Virus record (IMG/VR): IMGVR_UViG_3300025151_000016
Reading direction: 5' to 3' (one strand)
Source: a virus
Length of the DNA: 64,000 nt
The position numbers and the translations under genes were made by a program. Positions 38,331 through 46,623 of this stretch are shown here, one piece after another. The stretch's first letter is position 1. The number at the start of each line of letters is the position of its first letter. The notes beneath the pieces were generated by a model. That model was not told where the DNA came from, did not search any database, and worked only from the letters and a program-made list of their open reading frames with translations.

Positions 38331-39044
38331 ATGGCACTACCTAAGATTAATGATACGCCAAATTATGAGATGACGATTCCATCTACTGGAAAAGGTGTTT
38401 CATTTAGACCGTTCTTAACAAAAGAACAAAAAATATTATTGATTGCACTTGAAACACAAGATCAAAGAAAGATACTTTCAGCGATTACTGACACGATTAA
38501 AGCATGTGCACCTGATATTGATGTAAATAGATTGACTACGTTTGATGTTGAATACGCATTCACACAGATGAGAGCGAAATCAGTTGGAGAGAAATCACAT
38601 GTTGGTTTGAAATGTAAAGAGTGTGAACACCAAAACGAAGTAACAATTGATCTGGAAGAAATAAAAGTAGATATTCCAGATAAAAAGAATATGATGATTG
38701 AGTTAAATGATACTTGGACTTTGAAGATGAAATATCCGAATTACGTTTCGGTATTAAATAACGATGCTATGATTAACAGTGACTCGCCAACTAATACAAT
38801 TATGAATATGATTGCTAGTTGCTTGGATTCATTAATGAGTGAAGAAGACAATATCAAGTTTGCTGATGAAAGCAAAAAGACGGTGAATGACTTTATTGAT
38901 AATCTAAACGCTGAACAGTTTGAAAAGATTATGAATTTTGTTCAAGATATGCCACAGTTAAAACACGAAGTTAAATATGTTTGTGAAAAGTGCGAGACTG
39001 AAAATAATTTTACATTACAAGGAATGAATGATTTTTTCGCGTAA
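38331..39044 (+). CDS. gp26: Baseplate hub assembly protein gp26
   Basis: MALPK...P.Y...IPSTG..V.FRPFL.KE.K.LL.A, L..FD.EY.F..R.KSVGE, two CxxC motifs, ends G..DFF. Confidence 0.88.
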   Translation: MALPKINDTPNYEMTIPSTGKGVSFRPFLTKEQKILLIALETQDQRKILSAITDTIKACAPDIDVNRLTTFDVEYAFTQMRAKSVGEKSHVGLKCKECEHQNEVTIDLEEIKVDIPDKKNMMIELNDTWTLKMKYPNYVSVLNNDAMINSDSPTNTIMNMIASCLDSLMSEEDNIKFADESKKTVNDFIDNLNAEQFEKIMNFVQDMPQLKHEVKYVCEKCETENNFTLQGMNDFFA

Positions 39045-39226
39045 ACCTCTCACATGATTCGTTAGTGAATTACTATCAAGTGAATTTTAGATTGATGTAC
39101 TCATTTAAATTATCACTAACGGAACTTGAAAATATGATGCCTTGGGAGAGGGAGGTGTACCTTACATTATTAACACAAGAACTAGAACAAGAAAGACAAG
39201 CTGCTCAACAGCAACAATTTCGCTAA
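39032..39226 (+). CDS. gp51: gp51-like hub assembly protein, probably made as a -1 frameshift extension of gp26 (absent from ORF track)
   Basis: -1 frame reads FFRVNLSHDSLVNYYQVNFRLMYSFKLSLTELENMMPWEREVYLTLL...; opens at T TTT TTC (39032-39038); first in-frame GTG (39065) lacks an SD. Confidence 0.75.
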   Translation, partial: FFRVNLSHDSLVNYYQVNFRLMYSFKLSLTELENMMPWEREVYLTLLTQELEQERQAAQQQQFR

Positions 39227-39238
39227 GGATAAAGAAAA

Positions 39239-40969
39239 ATGGCTTCATTAGACGCAGTCGTAGATCAGTTAAAGATACAGAATAAAATAACACTAGATCT
39301 AAGGAAATCTCTTGCAGGAAAATCTTCGGCTGATAGTCTTCAGGCGCTAGAAGATAAAAGTGAAGTATTGCCTGGCTCTGCTGCAATGCAAAACTTTGAG
39401 GCTGGACAAAAAGTAGGAGAGAAATTTGATCTAGGATTTTTAATGAATCCTATGATATTACTTAAACCTTTATTAGTGGCAGCTGCAGGTGTTGCAGCGG
39501 CATTCGCCGGCCTTAGAGGTTGGGAAGTAAAAGTTCTTAAAAATATTGATACGATAGGTGATGTTCTTAAAACAGCGTTTACTCCAATTACAAATATTGC
39601 TAATAAACTTACAACAAGTTTTACTAGTTTTGTTGATGATTTAACTCGTGGAACATTGGCTCGGTTTGGCATTGATCCAGAGACTGGTAAAATGGCAAGG
39701 GGCGCAAAAGGCCAATTTACTGGTAAAGAAGTAAAGACCACAGCGCAAATGATACAAGAATCAATGCAGGCTTTAAAGACTAGAGCATTTGGTTTCTTTG
39801 GTCTAGGTCCAGCTGGTGGATTAGCAGATGATGCTTTAAAAGCAGCTGACGGCACACCTTCAGCTATATCAAGAGTGACTGCAGCGTTTGGTAAGATTAT
39901 GACTCCATTTAGAGCGATATACAGCGGAGTTGAAAATTTTATAACTGGACCCGGTGCAAAACTTTTTGGATTTCTTGATGGTGTCTTAGGTATCACTAAG
40001 ATCGGTAGTGCGGCAGGCGGATTAGTAAAAGTTCTTGGTAAAGTTCTTTGGCCTATTGGTATTATAATGTCATTGTTTGACGGTGTAGAAGCATGGAGGA
40101 GCGAAAATGGATCACAATACGACAAAATCACTGCTGGTATTGCTGCGACTGTTGGTGATTTTATTGGTGCTCCTTTGGATCTTTTAAAAGGATTACTAAG
40201 TTGGGTTCTTAGTAAGTTTGGGTTTGATGAAACTGCTAAGGCAATTCAAGACTTTAGCTTTGAAGAAAAGATTACCAACTTAATAAATGGCATCTTTGAT
40301 TTTCCAGCAAAAGCAATAGAATGGGTTAAAACACTGTTTACTGATCCATCTGCAGCGTTAGGTGAGTTATGGACAAAACTAGTTGGTGAAGGTGGAATAA
40401 TCGATATCTTATTTGCTCCAGCACGACTTGCAATTGATTGGATTACCAAGACACTTGGATTTAGAGAAGAAGATGCTCCAACATTCTCATTTGGTGCATT
40501 AATCCAAGAAGGTATTGATGGGGTAGTTGGAATGTTTAGAAAAGCGTTTGCTGCTCTTCCATCTTTTCAAGATATAAAAAATGCTATTGTTAACGCACTT
40601 CCAGCCTTCATGGTTCCAGATAGTTTTAAATCTGATGAGATGCGTATTCAAGAAAGAAAAGATGAAATAGATGAGCATAGAGCTCAAATTGCTGAAGGTG
40701 ATAACCGCTTTGGCCCTGGCAATTTATACTCAAGGGAAAAACGTATAGCTGCTTTACAAGCAGAAATACAAGATTTACAACCTGTGTTACAAGTTGGCGG
40801 TGGACTTACTGCTGATGAGATTGCTGCTGGTGTAAGAGAAAGACGAGCGCAAGTTGTTAATGTATACAATAATATGAATGCAACTGGCGGAGGCGGAAAT
40901 GGCGGAGGAACCGCAATGATTCTCCCCGCCACACCAACACTGGATCTTATGGATCCAGTTGCTCAGTAG
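39239..40969 (+). CDS. Tape-measure-like / baseplate hub gp29-like protein
   Basis: 576 aa, Gly/Ala-rich amphipathic helices (GKVLWPIGIIMSLFDG), follows gp26/gp51. Confidence 0.6.
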   Translation: MASLDAVVDQLKIQNKITLDLRKSLAGKSSADSLQALEDKSEVLPGSAAMQNFEAGQKVGEKFDLGFLMNPMILLKPLLVAAAGVAAAFAGLRGWEVKVLKNIDTIGDVLKTAFTPITNIANKLTTSFTSFVDDLTRGTLARFGIDPETGKMARGAKGQFTGKEVKTTAQMIQESMQALKTRAFGFFGLGPAGGLADDALKAADGTPSAISRVTAAFGKIMTPFRAIYSGVENFITGPGAKLFGFLDGVLGITKIGSAAGGLVKVLGKVLWPIGIIMSLFDGVEAWRSENGSQYDKITAGIAATVGDFIGAPLDLLKGLLSWVLSKFGFDETAKAIQDFSFEEKITNLINGIFDFPAKAIEWVKTLFTDPSAALGELWTKLVGEGGIIDILFAPARLAIDWITKTLGFREEDAPTFSFGALIQEGIDGVVGMFRKAFAALPSFQDIKNAIVNALPAFMVPDSFKSDEMRIQERKDEIDEHRAQIAEGDNRFGPGNLYSREKRIAALQAEIQDLQPVLQVGGGLTADEIAAGVRERRAQVVNVYNNMNATGGGGNGGGTAMILPATPTLDLMDPVAQ

Positions 40970-40973
40970 TTAA

Positions 40974-41891
40974 TTAATCTTCGTTAGCTAATCGAGCAAA
41001 GTAGCTCATGGTATCTTCTTCATCAGTAGAAGATGCTGTTTCCATTACAGCCTCAGCTGTAGGCATAGCTGCTGGAGCTTCTGCCTTCTTTGGAAACTCA
41101 GGGATCTCATCATCTAATACGATTTCTTCTTTTACAGTACGAGGTGCTTGTTCACCTAACACTTGAGCTAACTTAACTTTGAGTTCATCATAAGACTTAT
41201 AGTTCTTAGGATCAGAGAACTCGGATAGATCATATGCTTTGTTGTATACTGTTTCAAGCTTTTCTTCATCACCGTCATATAGAGGGCTAGGACCACGGAA
41301 CTCTGATTTATCATAGTTACGATAACCTTCAACCTGGCGAATCTTTAGTACAAAGTCTGCACCTTCCCAAAAGTTAAAAGGATCAACTGGTTTCTCATCT
41401 GGAAACTCGGGTTGTAGTTGGTCCATGATTTTATCAAAGATCTTTTTACCGAACTGATACATCATTACTTTACCTTCATTGTCAGGAGCAGAAGGATCAG
41501 ATACAACTAAGACATTGGCTACATAATGTAGACGGCGCTTACGTTGTCTTACTGTTTCCTTATCAGACTCGACACCTGAGTTCCAAAGGCGTGTATTCAT
41601 TTCAGATACTGGATCTTGTTGACCAATAGATGTAAGTGATCTTTCAATGTACCACTGACCTGTTGGTCCTTTGAAACCATGATCCCAATACCGAACCCAA
41701 GGTAACTCATTACCTTCAGTTGCTGGAAGGAACCTTAGGATAGCATAGCCATTGCCGGCTTTATCCACTGTTGGTTTCCAAATACGATCATCGCCGTATT
41801 TCTTTTTCTGTTGTTCTCCACCTGCAGATTGTGCTGCTGCGACTAGTTTCGAAAAGTCGGTACGTGTACGTTTTAAATTTGCAAAAGACAT
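40974..41891 (-). CDS. gp32: Single-stranded DNA-binding protein gp32
   Basis: DDRIWKP..DK.GNG.A..RFLP, PWV..W.H.F.GP.G.WYIE...T, FGKKIFDK, GA.F.LK...V.GY.NYD.S.F, acidic tail SYF..LA. Confidence 0.95.
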   Translation of the reverse strand: MSFANLKRTRTDFSKLVAAAQSAGGEQQKKKYGDDRIWKPTVDKAGNGYAILRFLPATEGNELPWVRYWDHGFKGPTGQWYIERSLTSIGQQDPVSEMNTRLWNSGVESDKETVRQRKRRLHYVANVLVVSDPSAPDNEGKVMMYQFGKKIFDKIMDQLQPEFPDEKPVDPFNFWEGADFVLKIRQVEGYRNYDKSEFRGPSPLYDGDEEKLETVYNKAYDLSEFSDPKNYKSYDELKVKLAQVLGEQAPRTVKEEIVLDDEIPEFPKKAEAPAAMPTAEAVMETASSTDEEDTMSYFARLANED

Positions 41892-41963
41892 TTATATTCT
41901 CCATATGTTTTTATATTTGCTGAATTATCCACATTATTCATGATATGATTATTATATACTAGT

Positions 41964-42197
41964 TTACTCAATTGGTAAACTGTTTTGTCGAGGTAAAAAG
42001 TTTAATCGCATTGCCTCGGCTTCAATTTTATTTTTTATAATTGGTGAAATGAATCTCTTCACTTCTTCGAGTTCCACCTCATGCTTTTCGCAGAGGTGGA
42101 TGACTGCATCCATATAGGATGACTTATGGCTTTGGACGGTAGTTTCTATTTCCTTTGCGAAGTCGCTTTTGGTTAGAAAGGTTTTTTCTTGCTGCAT
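41964..42197 (-). CDS. gp33: Late-transcription coactivator gp33 (start re-assigned to ATG 42197)
   Basis: F..EIE..V.....SYMDA...CE...E.E.V...IS...K.KIEAEA..LNFL; GAGGA RBS. Confidence 0.85.
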   Translation of the reverse strand: MQQEKTFLTKSDFAKEIETTVQSHKSSYMDAVIHLCEKHEVELEEVKRFISPIIKNKIEAEAMRLNFLPRQNSLPIE

Positions 42198-42714
42198 AAT
42201 CCTCATTTTCCATTTCCTGAGTATATTCTTCTCCGATGTCTGGATAGAATACACCAACTGTTCTTTTAGGTGTACCATCTGAATGGTATGCCATTGCTAC
42301 ACTACGATAACGAATACGGTTCTGTTTTTCTTCGCCGTAACGAAAATCTCGATACACACCGTCACCTAAGTATCTTTGTAAGTTAAAGATATAAGCCTCA
42401 GTATCAAAATAAGCTTGGCGCTCATTCTTATCCTTACTGTCTTTGAAACCTTTCATAGACTTAAGAATATCTTTTTGATATTTTAGCCAGTCTTTTACTT
42501 TACTGGCATTTAGAGGATGATCAATTGGCAAGTCACGAATAGACTCGTCAATGGATAAGTTTTTAGCAGGACCACGTGCTTCACGAGCTTTTTTCATTCG
42601 CTCGACAAGAACAGCTTTCTGCTCATCGGTAAGCTTACGCTTCTTACGTTGCTTCTTTACTTCACCCATAACGGTGCCTTTAACATCTTCTCTAAATTTA
42701 TCACGCTTTGACAT
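42124..42714 (-). CDS. Conserved hypothetical basic protein
   Basis: 196 aa, ERM.KAREAR...LP.DHPL...VK.W; GAAGGAG RBS behind an early promoter. Confidence 0.65.
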   Translation of the reverse strand: MSKRDKFREDVKGTVMGEVKKQRKKRKLTDEQKAVLVERMKKAREARGPAKNLSIDESIRDLPIDHPLNASKVKDWLKYQKDILKSMKGFKDSKDKNERQAYFDTEAYIFNLQRYLGDGVYRDFRYGEEKQNRIRYRSVAMAYHSDGTPKRTVGVFYPDIGEEYTQEMENEDYAARKNLSNQKRLRKGNRNYRPKP

Positions 42715-42742
42715 ATATGTAACTCCTTCAGTTTACTATTCT

Positions 42743-42804
42743 ATTCTACCACAGTCGTGAGAAAAAGTAAACCTTTTTGTTTCGTTTAGAAACAATCACT
42801 TACG
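42743..42804 (-). promoter_or_regulatory. Early sigma70 promoter (TTTACT-17-TAGAAT, TGn extension) with upstream IHF-like element
   Basis: -10 42743-42748, -35 42766-42771; upstream element is a degenerate copy of 45279-45317. Confidence 0.8.
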
Positions 42805-42811
42805 TTTTTTT

Positions 42812-43024
42812 TCAATTATGAATTTCTTCGTCAAGAGGAATGAGTTCAATTTCACCGTCACGTCTTTGATAACGAACGAATCCACCTTCAACTAAATAGT
42901 CAATGGTATGCTTTATCGTATCGTCCTTATCACCTTCACCGTAGTATCTTCCAATCATGAAAGCACAACCAGCAGCAGCGGCTAATAAGATCCACAATAC
43001 AGTTTGTACTGAGATATAAAACAT
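42812..43024 (-). CDS. Small membrane protein
   Basis: N-terminal hydrophobic helix; GGAGG RBS. Confidence 0.6.
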   Translation of the reverse strand: MFYISVQTVLWILLAAAAGCAFMIGRYYGEGDKDDTIKHTIDYLVEGGFVRYQRRDGEIELIPLDEEIHN

Positions 43025-43053
43025 ACATTCCTCCTATAGCGTAGTACTATTTA

Positions 43054-43314
43054 TTATGTAAATGTACAATCAAATGAGATAACACTATCGACTCGAAAAG
43101 ATCGCCATTGCTCTGATGCTACATCAATTACACGAATGACATCATTGTTAAAGCTCTTGCTTTCTTTGTCGGTGTTTTCATCTTTGGATGTTGTAGGTAT
43201 CCACTCTTCATGCAGAGTGCACAGCATATCACGCTCTTCGCCATTTGCTTTTTTAAAGATTACACGGCATTTACGTTTCCGCAACTCAGTAATCATTTCT
43301 TCACGATTCATCAT
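43054..43314 (-). CDS. SH3-fold WYL_2/DUF2693-like protein
   Basis: V.FKK.NGE.R.M.CTL...VIRV.D.....WRSFR.D.V; start taken at MMNREE after GGAGG. Confidence 0.7.
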   Translation of the reverse strand: MMNREEMITELRKRKCRVIFKKANGEERDMLCTLHEEWIPTTSKDENTDKESKSFNNDVIRVIDVASEQWRSFRVDSVISFDCTFT

Positions 43315-43445
43315 TAGATGATCCTCCATTAGAACGTCTTTCATTATCTGCAATTATCCTTTCCAATAATTTTTCAGCACGACCTAAGCGATGATTGATC
43401 TTAGAGATCTTTTCGTTTAGATCATGCATTTTCATTTCTAATTGA

Positions 43446-43721
43446 TTAGTCCCAGTCATTATCAAACCTTGTAGTTTCATACATGACTTCGCCATAATAT
43501 TCTTTAGCGTACTTCGAAGCATCAGTCCATGCATACATGTTTTCACCTTCTTTAGGTATTTGCATGAAGTCACGCTTAGCTTTTTTAGCTTTCTTTTTTA
43601 CAACAGACGATTGAGCACGAACCTTAGCCATACGCTGTTTACGTGCTTCGTTTTGTTTTTTCGTTTCAGCGATTCTTTTGATTAGCGCCATACGATCGTC
43701 ATAATTAGTTGCAACAGTCAT
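43446..43721 (-). CDS. Hypothetical basic early protein (start re-assigned)
   Basis: GAAGGAGAATATAATG leader; promoter TGTACA-17-TAGAAA at 43748-43776. Confidence 0.6.
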   Translation of the reverse strand: MTVATNYDDRMALIKRIAETKKQNEARKQRMAKVRAQSSVVKKKAKKAKRDFMQIPKEGENMYAWTDASKYAKEYYGEVMYETTRFDNDWD

Positions 43722-43809
43722 TATATTCTCCTTCAATTTCTATAACCTTTCTACCATAGTTAAAAACAAATGTACACCATTATTTTTCATTTATATAATA
43801 CTGTATCAT

Positions 43810-44049
43810 TTATGTTACACCTCTCTTCTTATCTAAAACAAACGTTCCTTCGGATAAGTAAAAAGATTTCATAAGTTTAAAATATGTTTCTGGTTTGAAA
43901 GTTACTACATCAAACTGTTTCATCTTTTCATTCCACTGGCGAATATGGCAATAGTCATCGTATAGCAATGCTTGCACATCCTCGAGCTCACCAGTGTCAT
44001 CCATCACTGTGATGGTGGTTTCATCCATATCAAATTCTACGGTAATCAT
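43810..44049 (-). CDS. Hypothetical protein
   Basis: M.TVEFD.DET.IT..D..G..EDV....YIRQW-type acidic ORF, ATGA-coupled. Confidence 0.55.
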   Translation of the reverse strand: MITVEFDMDETTITVMDDTGELEDVQALLYDDYCHIRQWNEKMKQFDVVTFKPETYFKLMKSFYLSEGTFVLDKKRGVT

Positions 44050-44261
44050 TCTTTTACATTCAGATTGTATGGATCGTACTGTTCTCCGTTATATTGAGAT
44101 CCAGTCTTATTCTTGCCAGTTTCAACACCGCTGTCGCAACCAACGACAACAATGCCTAGAAAAATTACGCTGTACATTACAACTCTTTTAGTCCACAGCA
44201 TAAATTGATCAAAGGTTTTCTCAGCTTCTACTTGCGCAGATTCTTTAGGTGTCTGATTCAT
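44046..44261 (-). CDS. aa3-type cytochrome c oxidase subunit IV-like membrane peptide
   Basis: EAEKTFDQFMLWTKRVVMYSVIFLGIVVVG resembles the alphaproteobacterial CoxIV/CtaH EKTF..F + TM helix; start taken at MNQTP. Confidence 0.5.
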   Translation of the reverse strand: MNQTPKESAQVEAEKTFDQFMLWTKRVVMYSVIFLGIVVVGCDSGVETGKNKTGSQYNGEQYDPYNLNVKE

Positions 44262-44472
44262 TTGGTGTTCCTGCATAATAGCAGTTCAATTGAATTTTAT
44301 AATATTCATTGTCTTCAAATTTAAGCCAATTTTCCGGAGCAATAAATTCACTGCATTCAGTTAATGTCATTGGTTCTTGATGGACGTATTGGTTACCAAT
44401 ATATGCCCATTCTCCTGTTGCGGTTTTACCCCACAATGTGATAACAAAGATCACCATATCTGTCATATTCAT
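44245..44472 (-). CDS. Small exported Cys-pair protein
   Basis: Hydrophobic N-term, MTLTEC...LNC. Confidence 0.5.
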   Translation of the reverse strand: MNMTDMVIFVITLWGKTATGEWAYIGNQYVHQEPMTLTECSEFIAPENWLKFEDNEYYKIQLNCYYAGTPNESDT

Positions 44473-44627
44473 TATTCAGCCTCCACCCATGGATAACATG
44501 GTACTAAGATTGCTTGTTTACAATACTTGGCATTGTCCACTAATAAAAGTGGAACACCAAATATCAAGAAAGCTACAATAAGAAATGCCCAACCAAGACC
44601 TCTTGTAGTACAATAGTTTTCACTCAT
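44472..44627 (-). CDS. 51-aa membrane peptide (absent from ORF track)
   Basis: MSENYCTTRGLGWAFLIVAFLIFGVPLLLVDNAKYCKQAILVPCYPWVEAE; exactly fills the gap between neighbours. Confidence 0.6.
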   Translation of the reverse strand: MSENYCTTRGLGWAFLIVAFLIFGVPLLLVDNAKYCKQAILVPCYPWVEAE

Positions 44628-44843
44628 TTACCATTCCTTCCTATCGGTCTCATTATTATAACCATAAGTGTATTCTGTGATTTGGTCAGCAGACATGTCA
44701 GCTAACTCAACTCTTTTACCAATATAGGTACCTTCTGGCCAATAATGAGGATCGTAAGAACGACCATAGTAACGATCAGAGGAGCCCCTGTCCATAGGGC
44801 CCCCATGTTTAGCATCGAAAATCATATCATAGAAATCTGGCAT
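44628..44843 (-). CDS. Hypothetical protein
   Basis: HGGP.DRG..D.YYGR...PHY....Y..GY; TAATG coupling. Confidence 0.6.
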   Translation of the reverse strand: MPDFYDMIFDAKHGGPMDRGSSDRYYGRSYDPHYWPEGTYIGKRVELADMSADQITEYTYGYNNETDRKEW

Positions 44844-45226
44844 TACGAACCTCTAAAAAGCTTACGGATATTATTAATGTCTTCGAATCCAATATCCATT
44901 TTCCACAAAGCATGCTCAAAGTCCTGATCGCATTCAGGATCGCAACGCTCGTTTACAATAAGGAGACGAAGAGCTAGCTTCCAGTTACATTTAAGAGAAT
45001 TCATTTTTAAATGAATGTTGTGACGAAGAGTTGCAAGAGCTTCTGCTTCTTTTTCTTTTGCTACTTCGATACCTTCATCAAGTATATCGCAAAGCTCATC
45101 CCATAAAAGTTGCTTTTGAACTCGATTCATGCCGTTCCATTTTTCCATGAAACCTTGACGAGGACGAAAACCATAAGCATCTTTGTGCAAGTCAGAAATT
45201 AAATTATCGTCAAAACAAAAAGCCAT
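44843..45226 (-). CDS. Hypothetical early protein
   Basis: SDLHKDAYGFRPR motif; first gene after the promoter at 45256-45284. Confidence 0.65.
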   Translation of the reverse strand: MAFCFDDNLISDLHKDAYGFRPRQGFMEKWNGMNRVQKQLLWDELCDILDEGIEVAKEKEAEALATLRHNIHLKMNSLKCNWKLALRLLIVNERCDPECDQDFEHALWKMDIGFEDINNIRKLFRGS

Positions 45227-45255
45227 ATCATATCTCCTTCATAACTTCTGGTACT

Positions 45256-45317
45256 ATTCTACCACAAGTAAATTAGAATGTACACCTTTTTGTTTCATTT
45301 AAAATCAACTACTTACG
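45256..45317 (-). promoter_or_regulatory. Early sigma70 promoter (TGTACA-17-TAGAAT) with 39-bp upstream element containing an IHF consensus site
   Basis: -10 45256-45261, -35 45279-45284; 45279-45317 identical to 52451-52489; AATCAActacTTA fits WATCAAnnnnTTR. Confidence 0.85.
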
Positions 45318-45535
45318 TTTTTTTCTTCTGGCTCTTCTTCTTTAGCGTTCTTGAGTTCAACAATAATTTTATTTAATTCAATAACGTCTTGTTCAAGATG
45401 GCGTATCTTTTTCTTGAGATCAGTTGTGTTTTGCCACACCATTTTATCTACATGCTGGAGGTCGCTCCATACGGTGAAAACTACACCACCGATGAATAAA
45501 ACTCCAAGTGCAAGTAAGATAGCCAACACATCCAT
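45305..45535 (-). CDS. Small membrane-anchored coiled-coil protein
   Basis: N-terminal TM helix then heptads. Confidence 0.55.
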   Translation of the reverse strand: MDVLAILLALGVLFIGGVVFTVWSDLQHVDKMVWQNTTDLKKKIRHLEQDVIELNKIIVELKNAKEEEPEEKNVSS

Positions 45536-46098
45536 TATGCGGCTACCTCAAACCATTCAGGTACATCACGCTTTGACCATATCATATTAAAACGATCTTG
45601 CTTAGTTTGATAGTATTCTTGATAAGAACGAACAGGATCACCTTTATGTATACACTGTGGTTCATGAGTCATAGCAAGTGCAAAGTCTGTATACAGATTA
45701 GACCACTTAATATTGCTAGGAGGTTTAATTAATACATCACGCAACTTAGTATCTGTGCCATGAACTTTTCCGTAACGATATGTGTATTCATCGCACAATG
45801 CTACAAAGTGTTTGTAATGCCATTCGTAATTAGCATTTGTTTGCATAGTCCATACTGTACATGGATGACCATGATGCACGGCTTTGTAAAGTATGTCTTC
45901 CATTTCTGGATTAGGATGCACCCAATAATTAATCATACGTTTGCCAGATTTTGACGGACGTTTTTCCGTGTAACCATCAAGCATACGATGAGCAGTGGAT
46001 AACATTTGTGCAGACTCAACAATCATCTTGACAACATGCTTGTCGCATTGCAGTTGAGCTGCAGTTATTGGATCACGATCTAAGACAAAAATATTCAT
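45535..46098 (-). CDS. Pyrimidine-dimer DNA glycosylase-like protein (endonuclease V family)
   Basis: MNIFVLD.DP..AA...CDKHVVKM..ESAQMLSTAH, HPCT.W, L..EYT.RYGK.H, SYQ.YY. Confidence 0.8.
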   Translation of the reverse strand: MNIFVLDRDPITAAQLQCDKHVVKMIVESAQMLSTAHRMLDGYTEKRPSKSGKRMINYWVHPNPEMEDILYKAVHHGHPCTVWTMQTNANYEWHYKHFVALCDEYTYRYGKVHGTDTKLRDVLIKPPSNIKWSNLYTDFALAMTHEPQCIHKGDPVRSYQEYYQTKQDRFNMIWSKRDVPEWFEVAA

Positions 46099-46319
46099 TT
46101 GTTTAGCTTCTTTCTCATTTTAAAATGCATATCACAGTATTTTTCTGTGTTGCTAATTGACCAATCAAACTTTTTTGAGATACTCTCTACAAAACTTTCG
46201 TAGTTCTTCCCGTTCCAGTTCGATATCAACTCCCACAGGATCGCGTCTATCTGTATCCAGTTCATATTTTTCTCGATCTTCGGCGTATTTCCTTTTGATG
46301 AACGCATGATAAGATTCAT
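46095..46319 (-). CDS. Hypothetical protein
   Basis: ORF with GGGAG RBS, ATGA-coupled to next gene. Confidence 0.45.
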   Translation of the reverse strand: MNLIMRSSKGNTPKIEKNMNWIQIDAILWELISNWNGKNYESFVESISKKFDWSISNTEKYCDMHFKMRKKLNK

Positions 46320-46333
46320 ACTCCCTTTCTTTC

Positions 46334-46486
46334 TTAACCATTGATTCGGTTCCTTACTCTATCTTCATATATTCTATAACAAAACACACTAATTGTAAAC
46401 CCCAAAATGTCAATATTTAGTAAAGTAACCGCAAAAAAATTAGCGAAGAATAAACACGCCACATAATCATACCATCTTAACTCCAT
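46334..46486 (-). CDS. 50-aa membrane peptide (start re-assigned to MELRWYD)
   Basis: Long hydrophobic stretch; overlaps upstream stop. Confidence 0.5.
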   Translation of the reverse strand: MELRWYDYVACLFFANFFAVTLLNIDILGFTISVFCYRIYEDRVRNRING

Positions 46487-46623
46487 ATCAACGCAGGCAA
46501 AACAAAAATCAATAAGAATACTGCAACAACATACAAAGCCCATTTCTCTGGACCATCAATCCAAGGTTGCTTTTTAGATTCTTCCCATCCTGTTTTTAAA
46601 GCCTCTTTCCAATTCTTCTTCAT
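46477..46623 (-). CDS. 48-aa membrane peptide (absent from ORF track)
   Basis: MKKNWKEALKTGWEESKKQPWIDGPEKWALYVVAVFLLIFVLPALIWS; ATGA overlap with the lipase stop. Confidence 0.55.
   Translation of the reverse strand: MKKNWKEALKTGWEESKKQPWIDGPEKWALYVVAVFLLIFVLPALIWS

Noticed and set aside
39162-40932. Minus-strand ORFs 39162..39386, 39340..40131, 40246..40449, 40499..40687, 40684..40932
   Set aside because: Antisense to gp51 and the tape-measure-like gene; no independent signals.
43722-43736. Shared N-terminus MKENIM in ORFs 43446..43736 and 61831..62433 as a protein motif
   Set aside because: It is the translated RBS cassette TGAAGGAGAATATAATG; true starts are at the second Met.
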